From contig OZ231126.1 of the NCBI GenBank assembly GCA_965153355.1, positions 33,232,001 to 33,296,000 on the forward strand: DNA of 64,000 nucleotides, in the 5' to 3' direction. The translations under genes were made by a program, and so were the position numbers. Origin of the DNA: Flaccisagitta enflata. Lineage: Eukaryota. Under the pieces are notes generated by a model. It ran no database searches. It had not been told where the DNA came from and saw nothing but the letters and a program-made list of their open reading frames with translations. This document shows positions 15,747-31,664 of the stretch, one piece after another (the stretch's first letter is position 1; each line of letters starts with the position of its first letter).

Positions 15747-15954
15747 GAGCATGGATGTAGGGGAGCTTTGAAAATAGCCACATTCACTTAGCATTTCAAG
15801 ACCAAGTCAGGATCAAGACCAATTTTTGTAAAAGGTGGAAACTGTAAAAAAAAACAGTAATTTTTTCACTTTTTGCATCATTCATGAATGAAAATCCTCC
15901 ATCTCAATCTACCACACCCATGTGGTGGACGTGGCGTCCCCTACATCCATGCTC
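15747..15954. mobile_element. Small MITE (208 bp) flanked by AT
   Basis: AT|GAGCATGGATGTAGGGGA ... TCCCCTACATCCATGCTC|AT, perfect 18-bp TIR. Confidence 0.8.
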
Positions 15955-16291
15955 ATGAGTCACAAGTCCAAATTGTATCTTGGACAGTCTTTTCTAGAAG
16001 ACGTTTGTTGCAAAGGAAGCTTATTGCTTCCCAAACAACTACAGGGTGAACAACCTCAAGTGGGGATAAGTAAAAGCTAATTCCTCTGGAACTACTCATA
16101 ACTTTAAAAATCTGGTGGGGAAATGCCTGACGTTTGTTTCTTTTGCTTTGGTTTGTAAGAAATGAGAAATAAAAGCAGTCGGGAAGATGCGATCAAAAGT
16201 TTCTCTCCATTCACAAGAAAAGTGTTTTTCAATTCTCCTTAAAACTAACATTACAGCTATGGAAATGCCATAGCAACATAAAATTGGAGGG

Positions 16292-16683
16292 AACAAGGCC
16301 AACACCTATAAGTCGCGTGCGGGACATAAATCGTTTAATATGACTTAAATTGAGTTTAAATGACTCAAGGTGACCTGAAATAACTTAAAATGACTTTAAT
16401 GACCATATTGACCTTATTGACTTTAGTGACTTACAATAACTTAATATGACTTAAAATGACTTAAGATGACTTAGAATGACTTAAAATGACTAAAAAAGGA
16501 CTTAGAATGACTTATAATGGCATTTGGGAAGGAGCTGTGAGCCCAAAAAGCTTAAAAACGCGGAAAAAGTAAAAAGGGGACCAACCGACCAACTGACCAA
16601 CCAACCAACCAACCGACCAACTGACAAACCGACTGACAGACCGACAAAGCGGGGTGAAGAGTCGTGTAGCACGTGACTAAAAA
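16292..16683 (-). mobile_element. HINE-like element with internal 10-bp (AATGACTTAR) tandem repeats
   Basis: + strand begins AACAAGGCCAACACCTATAAGTCGCGTGC and ends GAGTCGTGTAGCACGTGACTAAAAA; (ACCR)n microsatellite. Confidence 0.85.
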
Positions 16684-17253
16684 CTAAAACAACATTTATG
16701 GTGCTTCAATTCATGATCACAATTTAGGACTCATTTATAGAATTTGTAGGTGAAAGAGTGAAAAAGACATGTTTCAAAGAAATCAGGTCTGAAAGCTTTT
16801 TTTGAAGAAACTGTCATTTTTCGATTTTTCATTGATTTTATTGTAAATTCTATAGTATTTGAGTTACTGACATTTGCTTTGGCTCATATAGAATGTCAGG
16901 TAATCCTTGATATCACTGCAAAAGATGAAATATAGGATTCTGGTAGATATGTAATGCTCAGCTTTTCATCTGAACGAAAGCCTTGTATTTTTGGGAGGAC
17001 TTAAGTTTTTTGTATTTTTGGGAGGACTTAAGTTTTTGCATTTTTTATTATTTGACAAATCTGTGTCAATGAAATTCAGATCTAGGTAGAGATACAAGAT
17101 CTGCACTCATCAGCAATGCCTTGCGGGACCCCATGGGCAGGGTCGGCCGGTCCCTCGGCACGGCAGGGCCGGATACCGAAAGTCAGTGGCTCGATATGGG
17201 CAGGGGCAGTACTGGGGCTCAGTATAGGGTCTCGGTACTGGGTAATGATACAG

Positions 17254-18999
17254 ACAAGGCCAACACCTATAAGTCGCGTGCGAGACATAAAAAACTGACT
17301 TGACCTAACTCCTTATTGTATCTTTTTAATCAACATGACTGAATAGGGAGAAATATAAGAAATGAATAAAATGATTTAGTTGACTAGATTGACTTAAATG
17401 AATTGATGAATAAATCAGCTTAATGAGGTATTGGAGGCCATGGAAACCCACCCACTTTTATAATTGAGTCAAATTAATCAACTCTATCAACCCAACCAAT
17501 GAAAAATGACTAAACCAGACTTAAACCAGACTTTAACCAGCAGACTTTAACCAGCAGACTTAAACCAGCAGACTTTAACCAGCAGACATAAACCAGCAGA
17601 TTTCAACCAGCAGACTCAAACCAGCAGACTTAAACAAGCAGACTTGAAATGTCATAAATGACCAAAACATACCAAAAACATAAATGACCAAAACATACCA
17701 AAAAACATAAACGACCAAAAAACCAAAAAACCAAAAAACTAAAAAAACAAAAAACAAAAAACAAAAAAACAAAAAATTAAAAAAACAAAAAACAAAAAAA
17801 CAAAAAACAAATACCAAAAACCAAAAATCGAAAAACATAAATGACAAAAAAAAAGATGTTAAATCACCAAAAACCAAAAAACCAAAAAACCAAAAAACCA
17901 AAAAAAAAAAAACAAAACAAACCTAAAAACCAAAAAACCAAAAAACCAAAAAAAAACTAAAAACAAAAAACTAAAAACCAAAAACCAAAAACCAAAAACC
18001 AAAAACCAAAAACCATAAATGACCAAAAACAAAAAAAACATAAATGACCAAAAAAACAAAAACCAAAAACCAAAAAACCAAAAAACCAAAGAACCAAAAA
18101 TCATAAATGACTCAAAAACCAGAAACCAAAAACCAAAAAACTAGGAAACAAAAACCAAAAACCAGAAAAACAAAAAACCAAAAAACCTTAAAAAACCAAA
18201 AACCAAAAACCAAAATCAAAAAACCAAAAACTAAAAACCAAAAACCAAAAACCAAAAACCAAAAAACCAAAAGCATAAATGACCAAAACATACCAAAAAA
18301 TCATGCTAAAGGACTGAAAGCCAAAAAACCAAAAACCAAAAACTAAAAACCAATAAACCAAAAAACATAAATGACCAAAACATACCGAAAAGCCATGTTT
18401 AATGACCAAAAATGACCAAAAGACCAACAAACAAAACAAAAAACAAAAAACAAACAAAAAACAAAAAACCAAAAACATTGATGACCAAAACATACCAAAA
18501 AACCATGTTAAATGACCAAAAACCAAAAACCAAAAACCAAAAACCAAAAACCAAAAATCAAAAACCAAAAACCAAAAACCAAAAACCAAAAACCGAAAAC
18601 AAAAAAACAAAAAAAAAAACAAAAAAACAAAAAATAAAAAACAAAAAACAAAAAAACAAAACACAAAAAAAAATAAATAAAAACCAAAACATTCCAAAAA
18701 ACCATGTTAAATGACCAAAAATGACATGTTATGTCATTTTGACTTAAAACCACCTTAAATGCCCTAAAATGACACAAATGACTTAAATGAACAAAGTGAC
18801 GTAAATGATCAAAAATGACCAAAAATGACTAAAACCAACCACAAATGACCAAAAACAACAAAAAAATGACTCAAAATAACTCCAGACGACCCAAAATGAC
18901 AAAAAACGACGCAAAAAAGCAAAGTGTTACGGACCGATGGACCGACGGTCCGACGGACCGACGGAGCGGGTTGTAGAGTCGCGTGCACGCTACTAAAAA
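17254..18999 (-). mobile_element. Expanded HINE-like element (1.75 kb) with internal tandem arrays
   Basis: Same termini as 16292-16683; interior holds ~14-bp AGACTTTAACCAGC repeats (17515-17645) and an (AACCAAA)n/AAATGACC low-complexity array (17655-18910). Confidence 0.8.
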
Positions 19000-19257
19000 T
19001 CTAGGTAAGAAGAACATACTTCACATTCTTTTTGAAATACTGTTGAAAATCATCAACAATGAAAAAAAAGAGAAAAATAAAACATACATTTTGAAATTGA
19101 AAAAAAAAAAAGCTTCATATGCTGCTACCCCAGTTCGCCATTTGTTTTTAGTTTTAATTTAGTTTGAGACTCGATGTTCCAATGTTTGGTTGTCGATGAC
19201 CGGAAATTAAGATACCTGATTATTCCTTGCCATTCACTGTCTTCGACTTTTTTCATT

Positions 19258-19330
<73 letters not shown>

Positions 19331-21339
19331 CCGGAAAGAGGGAGAAAACGAAAGTGATAATGGTCCTTACTTAATTATTTTTTCTTGAATGATAAACAAT
19401 CAAACAATAAAAAAAAAAAGGAAAAAAATGTATATACGTTTATCTTTTTAAAACTGATCAAGTGTCCAAGTGTCTCGATCAGAATGCAAATCATAAACCG
19501 CTCAACATAAGAAAACTATGTAAAAATTGCTGTAAGTAGGGTGTAGGGATGGTGACCCCATCCAAATCGTCCTTGTGGTTTTTCCAATGAATCCCATTTT
19601 CTCTCTCTCCCTTAAATTCTCGAGTCATATGGAAGAATATTCAATCATTTTAAAATATGTTTTAAAATTCGTTCAAAACAAAAAAATTAATTTCTTTGTT
19701 TTACTGACACACATATGCAAAAAATTTGAAAGAAGTACAAAGATAGAAAAAAAAATCAAAGATGCAAAAAAAAAAAAAAAAAAAAAAAAACAAAAAACAA
19801 AAGCAAAAAAAACAAACAAAAAACAAAAAACAATGACAGGAAATTTGAAATATAAAACAAGTTTTAAAAGACAATTAAAAATAAATTGAAATATAGAATC
19901 TAAAAAAAATGAATGCTAAACAAGAAAAAAAGGATGAAGAATGAAAAATAAAACATAAAAAATGAAAAATGTTAAACTTCATGATAGAATTAGAAAAAAA
20001 GTAGTCTATACAATTTACTTATTAAAGCAATCATACATTTTTTTATCTATGATTCTAATGTGATCACAGGATATCTACCATGAAAGTGAAAAAAAAGAAA
20101 AAAGAAACTATTTCCACCATCATCAAAAATGGAGAGAGGAGGAGGAGTAGGAGGAGGAGGGCCGGGATATGCATCAGCTCCCGGGAATTCGGGACATGGT
20201 GATGTCCCGGCATGTCGGGGCCTCGGGACCCAAGTCCCGCCAGGCACTGCTCATCAGGGAATCTTTTGGTCTTTGTCAGTGACTTATCATCTATGTCATA
20301 TTGATGTAAGGTTTCCTAGTAAAATTAAAGTTTCAAAAAATTCGCACGGAGCTTTTTTCCAGATGTACTTTCCCCCACTTAACCTTGTTCACCGTGTAAA
20401 GCGATTTTTCATTGGCTAAACTAATGATGACCCACATGCTGGAATTCGTAAGCCGTTGCATTTCTTTCCTTCAATTTTTTTTTTAAAAACAATTTCTTTT
20501 GTTAAATAGTAAGGAAACTATATGCTTGAATATTGCAGACTGATGAAAAATCCAAGAAGGGAGTAGTTCTCTTTAGGAGTATACCAATAAAGGCGACTCT
20601 CCCCGTAGGAAAAAAGTGCGAGGTTTTGGGTCTCTTTCTCTCTTTTTCTCTCTTTTTCTCTCTTTTTCTCTCTCCCATTGTCATTTTCTCTGTCCCCTTC
20701 TCTCTCTCTCTCTTTCTCATGTATCATGGGGTTACAATATTGTTGCGGACAGGTGGACAGAGGCAACCAACCCCCATCCACACCCCAACCCCAACCCCCA
20801 CACACAAGCATCTAGACTGCTAGTTTTTTCCACTTGGACGGACAGACGGACCAACAGACCGATGCACACTGGACCATGACCCGGAAAGTTTCAATGTGTT
20901 TTAAAATGTTACATTATGTCGAAAAAAACAACTTTGCAGTTTTCCTTAAACGTCAGCTAACGTCAGCTAGATACCACGATAGTGACTAGCTCAAGACATC
21001 AAGAAATATGGCGGGCATGTCACTAGGTGTGGACGATGTGTGCGCAATGCTGACGTTAACGTCAATAATAAGAAAAAGACGTTACTGCAATATGCAAATT
21101 AACCGACTTTATCGGAAGAAAAAACCGGCGAAGGGAAACCTAAACATCTTTTCTTGAGTCAACTCAAACGATGCTTGTGTTTGTTGTCTCGTAACCGTGG
21201 TTACGCCAGTCAGAACGTCGTTTTAGTGCTGGTTTGTGTATTATGTGCAGTGGGACTATGGCAGTGTTTATTATGCGATGTTACAACTAAACTTGCCATA
21301 GAAGTTTTTGTCGGTGTTGGTGAAGGGAAGCAAATTTAG

Positions 21340-21637
<298 letters not shown>

Positions 21638-21837
21638 TGCATTGAGCATCCTTAACGGTTTTCCCATCCGCCAACCATCTAAGTCTAATGCTAATTTTCA
21701 GTTGTACTACTATTTCAGTCACGCACTTCCAAATTACCGTCTTGAATTGTGGGTTGAATTTTAAGCAATCACCAGAAACTTCTGACCATTAAGATTTGGA
21801 AGTAGATATTCGTTCATTCAGTTGAATATGTTGGTTG

Positions 21838-21944
<107 letters not shown>

Positions 21945-22286
21945 ACAAAAGTCAATGGAACATGGACATCGGACCACAATGCAAACATTTCAAATCCATT
22001 TGCTTATTGTCAACTACGTTTAAAGTTGCAAGAAAGAAAACGGAGTCAAAAAGATTTCTCGATATTTCCTTTAAAAAAAAAGCTAAGCTGTCTGATTCGA
22101 GAATGAAACGACTTAAGACAGCCATCGATGATTACACTAGCAATGATTCACTTGGTGGAATTCATCGCAAAAGAATGAGAATATGATCAGGGAAACAAAC
22201 AGAAAACACAAATCAAATGCGGAGGTGGGAGGGACGTTGACCGGCAATCAGCCAAAGAGAGAGTTTTGAATGATACCACTGTGTAA

Positions 22287-25200
22287 GTTGATTGAGGGGT
22301 TGGTTGGTCCCCGTTCTGCGTCGAGGGTGTTTTTTAGCCACGGTGATGGTGGTTTAGGTTGATCGAGGGGTTGGTTGGTCCCCGTTCTGCGTCGAGGGTG
22401 TTTTTTAGCCACGGTGATGGTGGTTTAGGTTGATCGAGGGGTTGGTTGGTCCCCGTCTGCGTCGAGGGTGTTTTTTAGCCACGGTGATGGTGGTTTAGGT
22501 TGATCGAGGGGTTGGTTGGTCCCCGTTCTGCGTCGAGGGTGTTTTTTAGCCACGGTGATGGTGGTTTAGGTTGATCGAGGGGCTGGTTGGTCCCCGTTCT
22601 GCGTCGAGGGTCAGTTGGTTGGTCTGACGGTCAGTCGCGAGTTTAGAATGACACCACTGTGTAAGTTGATAGAGAGGTTGGTTGCCTTTCTGCGAGGGTG
22701 TTTTTTTTAGCCACGGTGATGGTGGCTCAGGCTGATCGAGTGGCTGGCTGGTCTCGGCTCAGCGTCGAGGGTGTTTTTAGCCACGGTGATGGTGGGTTTA
22801 GGCTGATCGAGGTTGACATCTGCTCTAAGCGCCGAGGGTGTTTTTTAGCCACGGTGATGGTGGGCTTAGGTTGGATCGAGGCTGGTCCTGCCTCTAAGGC
22901 CGAGGGTGTTTTTTAGCCACGGTGATGGTGGTTTAGGCTGGTCGAGGGGTGGGTTGGTCCCCGCTCTGCGTCGAGGGTGTTTTTAGCCACGGTGATGGTG
23001 GTTTAGGCTGATCGAGGGGTTGGTTGGTCCCCGTTCTAAGGCCGAGGGGTGCTTTAGCCACGGGGATGGTGGCTTTGTGTTGATCGAGGGGCTGGCTGGT
23101 CCCCGTTCTGCGTCGAGGGTGTTTTTAGCCACGGTGATGGTGGTTTAGGCTGACTGAGGGGGTTGGTTGGAGTCCCCGTCTATGCCGTAGGTGTTTTTTT
23201 AGCCACGATGATGGTGGTTTCAGGCTGATCATCTGGTTGGTCCCCGTTCTGCGTCGAAGGTGTTTTAGCCACGGTGATAGTGGTTTAGGTTGGTTGAGTT
23301 GGTTAATTCCATTCTGCGTCTGAGGTGTTTAGCCCACAGTGATAGTGGTTTAAGTTGATCGAGGAGTTGAATTGGTCCCGTTACAAATCGAGAAAGAGTG
23401 TTTTTATGCAGTGATGGTAGGTTTAGAGTTGTCCGAGGGTTGGTTGGTGTTCTGCGTCGAAAGGTGTTTTGCTTACAATGATAGTGGTTTAAAGTTAATC
23501 AGTTGGTTGGTCCCGTTCTGCGTGGGGTGTTTTTAGCCACGGTGATGGTGGTTTAGGTTGATCGAGGGTTGGGTTGGAGTCCCGTTCTGCGCGTCGAGGT
23601 GTTTTTATACCAGTGATGGTGGATTTTTAAGTTGATCGAGGTTGGATTTAGTCCCGTTCTACGTCGAGTGTTTGCCACGGTGATGGTGGTTTAGGTTGAT
23701 CGAGGTTGGTTGGTCCCGTTCTGCGTCGAGTGTTTAGCCACGGTGATGGTGGTTTAGGTTGATCGAGTTGTTTTGAATTCCCGTTCTGCGTCGAGGTGTT
23801 TTAGCCACAGTGATGAGTGGTTAGGAGTTGATGAGAGGGTTTAAGTTTAGTCCCCGTTCTGCGTCGAGGTGTTTTTAGCCACGGTGATGGTGGTTTAGGT
23901 TGATCGAGGGTTAGTTGGTCCCCGTTCTCGTCGAGTGTTTTTAGCCCACAGTGATGAAGGTGGTTTTAGGTTGATCGAGGTTAGTTGGTCCGTTCTACGT
24001 CGAGGTGTTTTTAGCCACGGTGATGGTGGTTTAGGTTGATCGAGGGGTTGGTTGGTCCCCGTTCTGCGTCGAGGGTGTTTTTTACAGTGATGATGGATTT
24101 AGGTTGATCGAGGAGTTGGTTAGTCCCGTTCTGCGTCGAGGTGTTTTTGCTTCAGTGATGGTGGTTTAGGTTGATCGAGGGTTGGTTGGTCCCGTTCTGC
24201 GTGAAGGGGGTTGTTTTTAGCCACAGTGATGGTGGTTTAGGTTGATCGAGGGGTTGGTTGAGAGTCCCCGTTCTGCGTCGAGGTGTTTTGCAGCCACGTT
24301 CAGTGGTGGTTTAGGTTGATCGAGGGGTTAGTTGGTCCCCGTTCTGCGTCGAAAGTGTTTTATTACCCAGTGATAGTAGTTTCGGTTGATGAGTTGGTTA
24401 GTCCCCGTTCTGCGTCGAGAGTGTTTTAGCCAGTGATGAGAAGTGGTAGTTTAGAGTTGAGTCGAGAGATTTAGTTGTGGTCCCGTTCTGCGTCAAGGTG
24501 TTTTTTGCGCCCACGATGATAGTGTGAACTAAGTTGTCAAAGAAAGGGTTGGTTTGGTCCCGTTCTGCGTCGGAGTGTTTATACAGTGATGGTGGTTAGA
24601 GTTGATCGAGGGGTTGGTTGGTCCCCGTTCTGCGTCGAGGTGTTTTTTAGCCACGGTGATGGTGGTTTAGGTTGATAAGGTTGGTTGGTCCCCGTTCTGC
24701 GTCGGGTGTTTTTGTATTGATGAGTGGTTTAGGTTGATCGAGTTGGTTAATTTACGTTCTGCGTGGAAGGGTGTTTTTAGCAGTGATGGTAGTTGGAGTT
24801 GATCGAGTTGGTTGGTCCCGTTCTGCGTCGGTGTTTTTAGCCACAGTGATGGTAGTTCAAGTTGATCGAGGGTTAGTTGGTCCCGTTCTGCGTGGAAGGG
24901 TGTTTTAGCCGCAGTGATGGTGGTTTAGGTTGATCGAGGGTTGGTTGGTCCCGTTCTCGTCGAAGGTGTTTTAGCCTGATAATTAGTTTAAGTTGATCGA
25001 GGTTAGTTGGTCCCGTTCTGCGTCGAAAGTGTTTCTTATGATGATAGTGGTTTAGGTTGATCGAGGATTGGTTGAGTCCCGTTCTACGTCGAGGTATTTT
25101 TAGCCACAGTGATAGTGGTTTAGGTTGGTTAAGGGGTTGGTTGGTCCCGTTCTGCGTCGAGGGTGTTTTTTAGCCACGGTGATGGTGGTTTAGGTTGATC

Positions 25201-28200
25201 GAGGGGTTGGTTGGTCCCCGTTCTGCGTCGAGGGTGTTTTTTAGCCACGGTGATGGTGGTTTAGGTTGATCGAGGGGTTGGTTGGTCCCCGTTCTGCGTC
25301 GAGGGTGTTTTTTAGCCACGGTGATGGTGGTTTAGGTTGATCGAGGTTGGTTGGTCCCCGTTCTGCGTCGAGGGTGGTTTTTAGCCACGGTGATGGTGGT
25401 TTAGGTTGGTCGAGGGGTTGGTTGGTCCCCGTTCTGCGTCGAGGGTGGTTTTTAGCCACGGTGATGGTGGTTTAGGTTGGTTGAGGGGTTGGTTGGTCCC
25501 CGTTCTGCGTCGAGGGTGGTTTTTAGCCACGGTGATGGTTTAGGTTGGTCGAGGGGTTGGTTGGTCCCCGTTCTGCGTCGAAGGTGGTTTTTTAGCCACG
25601 GTGATGGTGGTTTTAGGTTGATCGAGTTAGTTGGTCCCGTTCTGCGTCGAGGTGTTTTTAGCCACGGTGATGGTGGTTAAGGTTGATCGAGGGGTTGGTT
25701 GGTCCCCGTTGTTCGTCACGTCGGTGTTTTTAGCCACGGTGATGGTGGTTTAGAGTTGATCAAGGGTTGGTTGGGTACGTTCTGCGTCGAAAGTGTTTTT
25801 AGCCCACAGTGATGGTGGTTAGGTTGATCGAAGTTGATTGGTCTCCCGTTCTGCGTCGAGGTGTTTTAGCCACGGTGATGGTGGATTTAAGTTGATCGAG
25901 AGTTGGTGGTCCAGCTCTCTACGTCGAGGTGTTTTTGCCCACGGTGATGGTGGTTTAGGTTGATCGAGGGTTGGTTGGTCCCGTTCTGCCTCGAGGTGTT
26001 TTTAGCCACGGTGATGGTGGTTTAGGTTGATCGAGGTTGGTTGGTCCCCGCTCTGCGTCGAAAGTGTTTTCACCAGTACAGTGATAGTGGATTAGGACAG
26101 TTGATCGAAAGTTGAATTTGGTCCCGTTCTCTTGTCCCGAGGTGTTTTTAGCCACAGTGATGGTGGTTTAGGTTGATCGAGGGTTGGGTTGGTCCCGTTC
26201 TGCGTGAGTGTTTTTAGCCACGGTGATGGGTGGTTTTAGGTTGATCGAGGTTGGTTGGTCCCCGTTCTGCGTCGAGGTGTTTTTTAGCCACGGTGATGGT
26301 GGTTTAGGTTGGATCGAGGTTGGTTGGTCCCGGTTCTGCGTCGAGAGTGTTTTTAGCCACGGTGATGGTGGTTTTAAGTTGATCGAGGTTGGTTGGGCCC
26401 GTTCTGCGTCGAGGGTGTTTTTTAGCCGCAGTGATAGTGGGTTAGGTTGATCGAGGGGTTGGTTGGTCCCCGTTCTGCGTCGAAAGGTATTTTTAGCCAC
26501 GAGTGATAGTGGTTCAGAGTTGATCGGGGTTGGTTGGTCCCCGTTCTGCGTCGAGGTGTTTTTACAGTGATGATAGTTTTAAGTTGATCGAGTTGGTTGG
26601 TCCCCACGTTCTGCGTGGTGTTTTTACCCACGGTGATGGTGGTTTAGGTTGATCGAGGGTTGGTTTGGTCCCCGTTCTGCGTCGAGTGTTTTAGCCACGA
26701 TGGTGGTTTCGATTGATCGAGGGTTGGTTGGTCCCCCTTCTACGTCGAGGTGTTTAGCCACGGTGATGGTGGTTTCGGTTGATCGAGTTGGTTAGTCCCG
26801 TTCTCTGCGTCAGTGTTTTGCTTCGTGATGGTGGTTTCGGTTGATGAGTTTGGTTGGTCCCCGTTCTGTCCCAGTGTTTTTAGCCAGTGATGGTAGTTTA
26901 GGTTGATCGAGGTTGGTTGGTCCCGTTCTGCGTCGAGGGGTGGTTTTTAGCCACGTGATGGTGGTTTAGGTTGGTTAATGTGTGAGGTTGGTTGGTCGCT
27001 CTACGTCGAGGGTGTTTTACTTGATGATAGTGGTTTAAGAGTTGATAAAGGGTTGATTGAATTCCCGTTCTGCGTCGAGGGTGTTTTTAGCCACAGTGAT
27101 GGTAGTTTTGGTTGGGTAAGGGGTTGGTTGGGTCCCGTTCTGCGTCGAGGGTGTTTTTAGCCCACAGTGATAGTGGTTTAAGTTGATCGAGTTGAATTTA
27201 GTCCCGTTCTGTGAAAGGTGTTTTGCCACGATGATGGTGGTTCAGTTGATCGAGGTTGGGTTGGTCTCCCGTTCTACGTCAGTGTTTTATCTGATAGTGG
27301 ATTCCCAGGTTGATCGAGGGTTAGTTGGTCCCGTTCTGTCGAGGTGTTTTAGCCAGTGATGGTGGTTTAAGAGTTGATCGAGGTTGGTTGGTCCCGTTTT
27401 GCGTAAAGGGTGTTTTACAGCCCACAGTGATGGTGGTTTTAAAGGTGATCAGTGAATTTGGTCGTTCTGCGTCGAGTGTTTAGCCCGCGGTGATGGTGGT
27501 TAGGTTGTCGAGGGTTGGTTGGTCCCGTTCGTGAGGTGTTTTGCTCTGGTGATGGTAGTTAGGTTGATCGAGAAATTTGGTTGGTCCCGTTCTGTAGTGT
27601 TTTTTAGCCCACAGTGATGAGTAGTTTAGGTTGATCGAGGTTAGTTGGTCCCGTTCTACGTAAAGGTGTTTAGCCACAGTGATGGTAGTTTAGGTTGATT
27701 GAGGGGTTGGTTGGTCCCTGTTCTGCGTCGAGGTGTTTTTGCAAAGTGATAGTGGTTTAGGTTGTCCGAGGTTGGTTGGTCCCGTTCGTCGAAGGGTGTT
27801 TTAGCCACAGTGATGGTGGTTTAGGTTGATCGAGGGGTTGGTTGGTCCCGTTCGCGTCGAAAGGTGTTTTTAGCCCGCAGTGATGGTGGTTTAAGGTTGA
27901 TCGAGGGTTAGTTGAGTCCCCGTTCTACGTCAGTGTTTTAGCCACGGTGATGGTGGTTAGGTTGGCTCATATTGCTGATGGTGGTTTAGGCTGATCAGAG
28001 GCTGGGCTGGTCCCTGCTCTATGCCGAGGGTGTTTTTTAGCCACGGTGATGGTGGTTTAGGCTGATCGAGGCTGGTTGGTCCCCGTCTCTGCGTCAAGGG
28101 TGTTTTTTAGCCGCGGTGATGATGGCTTAGGCTGACCGAGGGGCTGGCTGGGTCCCCTTCTGCGTCGAGGGTGTTTTTAGCCACGGTGATGGTGGTTTAG

Positions 28201-28715
28201 GCTGATCGACACCACTGTGTAAGTTGATAGAGAGGTTGGTTGCCTTTCTGCGTCGAGGGTGTTTTTTTTAGCCACGGTGATGGTGGTTTAGGTTGGTCGA
28301 GTGGGTGGTTGGTCCCTGCTCTGCGTCGAGGGTGTTTTTTAGCCACGATGAGTGAGGTTTAGGCTGATTGAGGGGTTGGCTGGTCCCCGTTCTGCGTCGA
28401 GGGTGTTTTTTAGCCACGGTGATGGTGGTTTAGGTTGATCGAGGGGTTGGTTGGTCCCCGTTCTGCGTCGAGGGTGTTTTTAGCCACGGTGATGGTGGTT
28501 TAGGCTGATCGAGGGGCTGGTTGGTCCGTTTCCACGCCGGAGGGTGTTTTTTAGCCACAGATGGTGGGTTTAGGTTGATCGTGGGGTTGGTTGGTCCCCG
28601 TCTCCAGCCGTAGGTGTTTTTAGCCACGGTGATGGTGGTTTAGGTTGATCGAGGGGTTGGTTGGTCCCCGTTCTGCGTCGAGGGTGTTTTTTAGCCACGG
28701 TGATGGTGGTTTAGG
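22287..28715. repeat. 71-bp satellite array, left part (~90 units)
   Basis: Unit GAGGGTGTTTTTTAGCCACGGTGATGGTGGTTTAGGTTGATCGAGGGGTTGGTTGGTCCCCGTTCTGCGTC; period measured 22321 to 22392 = 71. Confidence 0.97.

Positions 28716-31664
<2,949 letters not shown>

Noticed and set aside
17655-18720. Telomeric repeat (TTTTGG-like / AACCAAA)
   Set aside because: Irregular, interstitial and enclosed by HINE termini.
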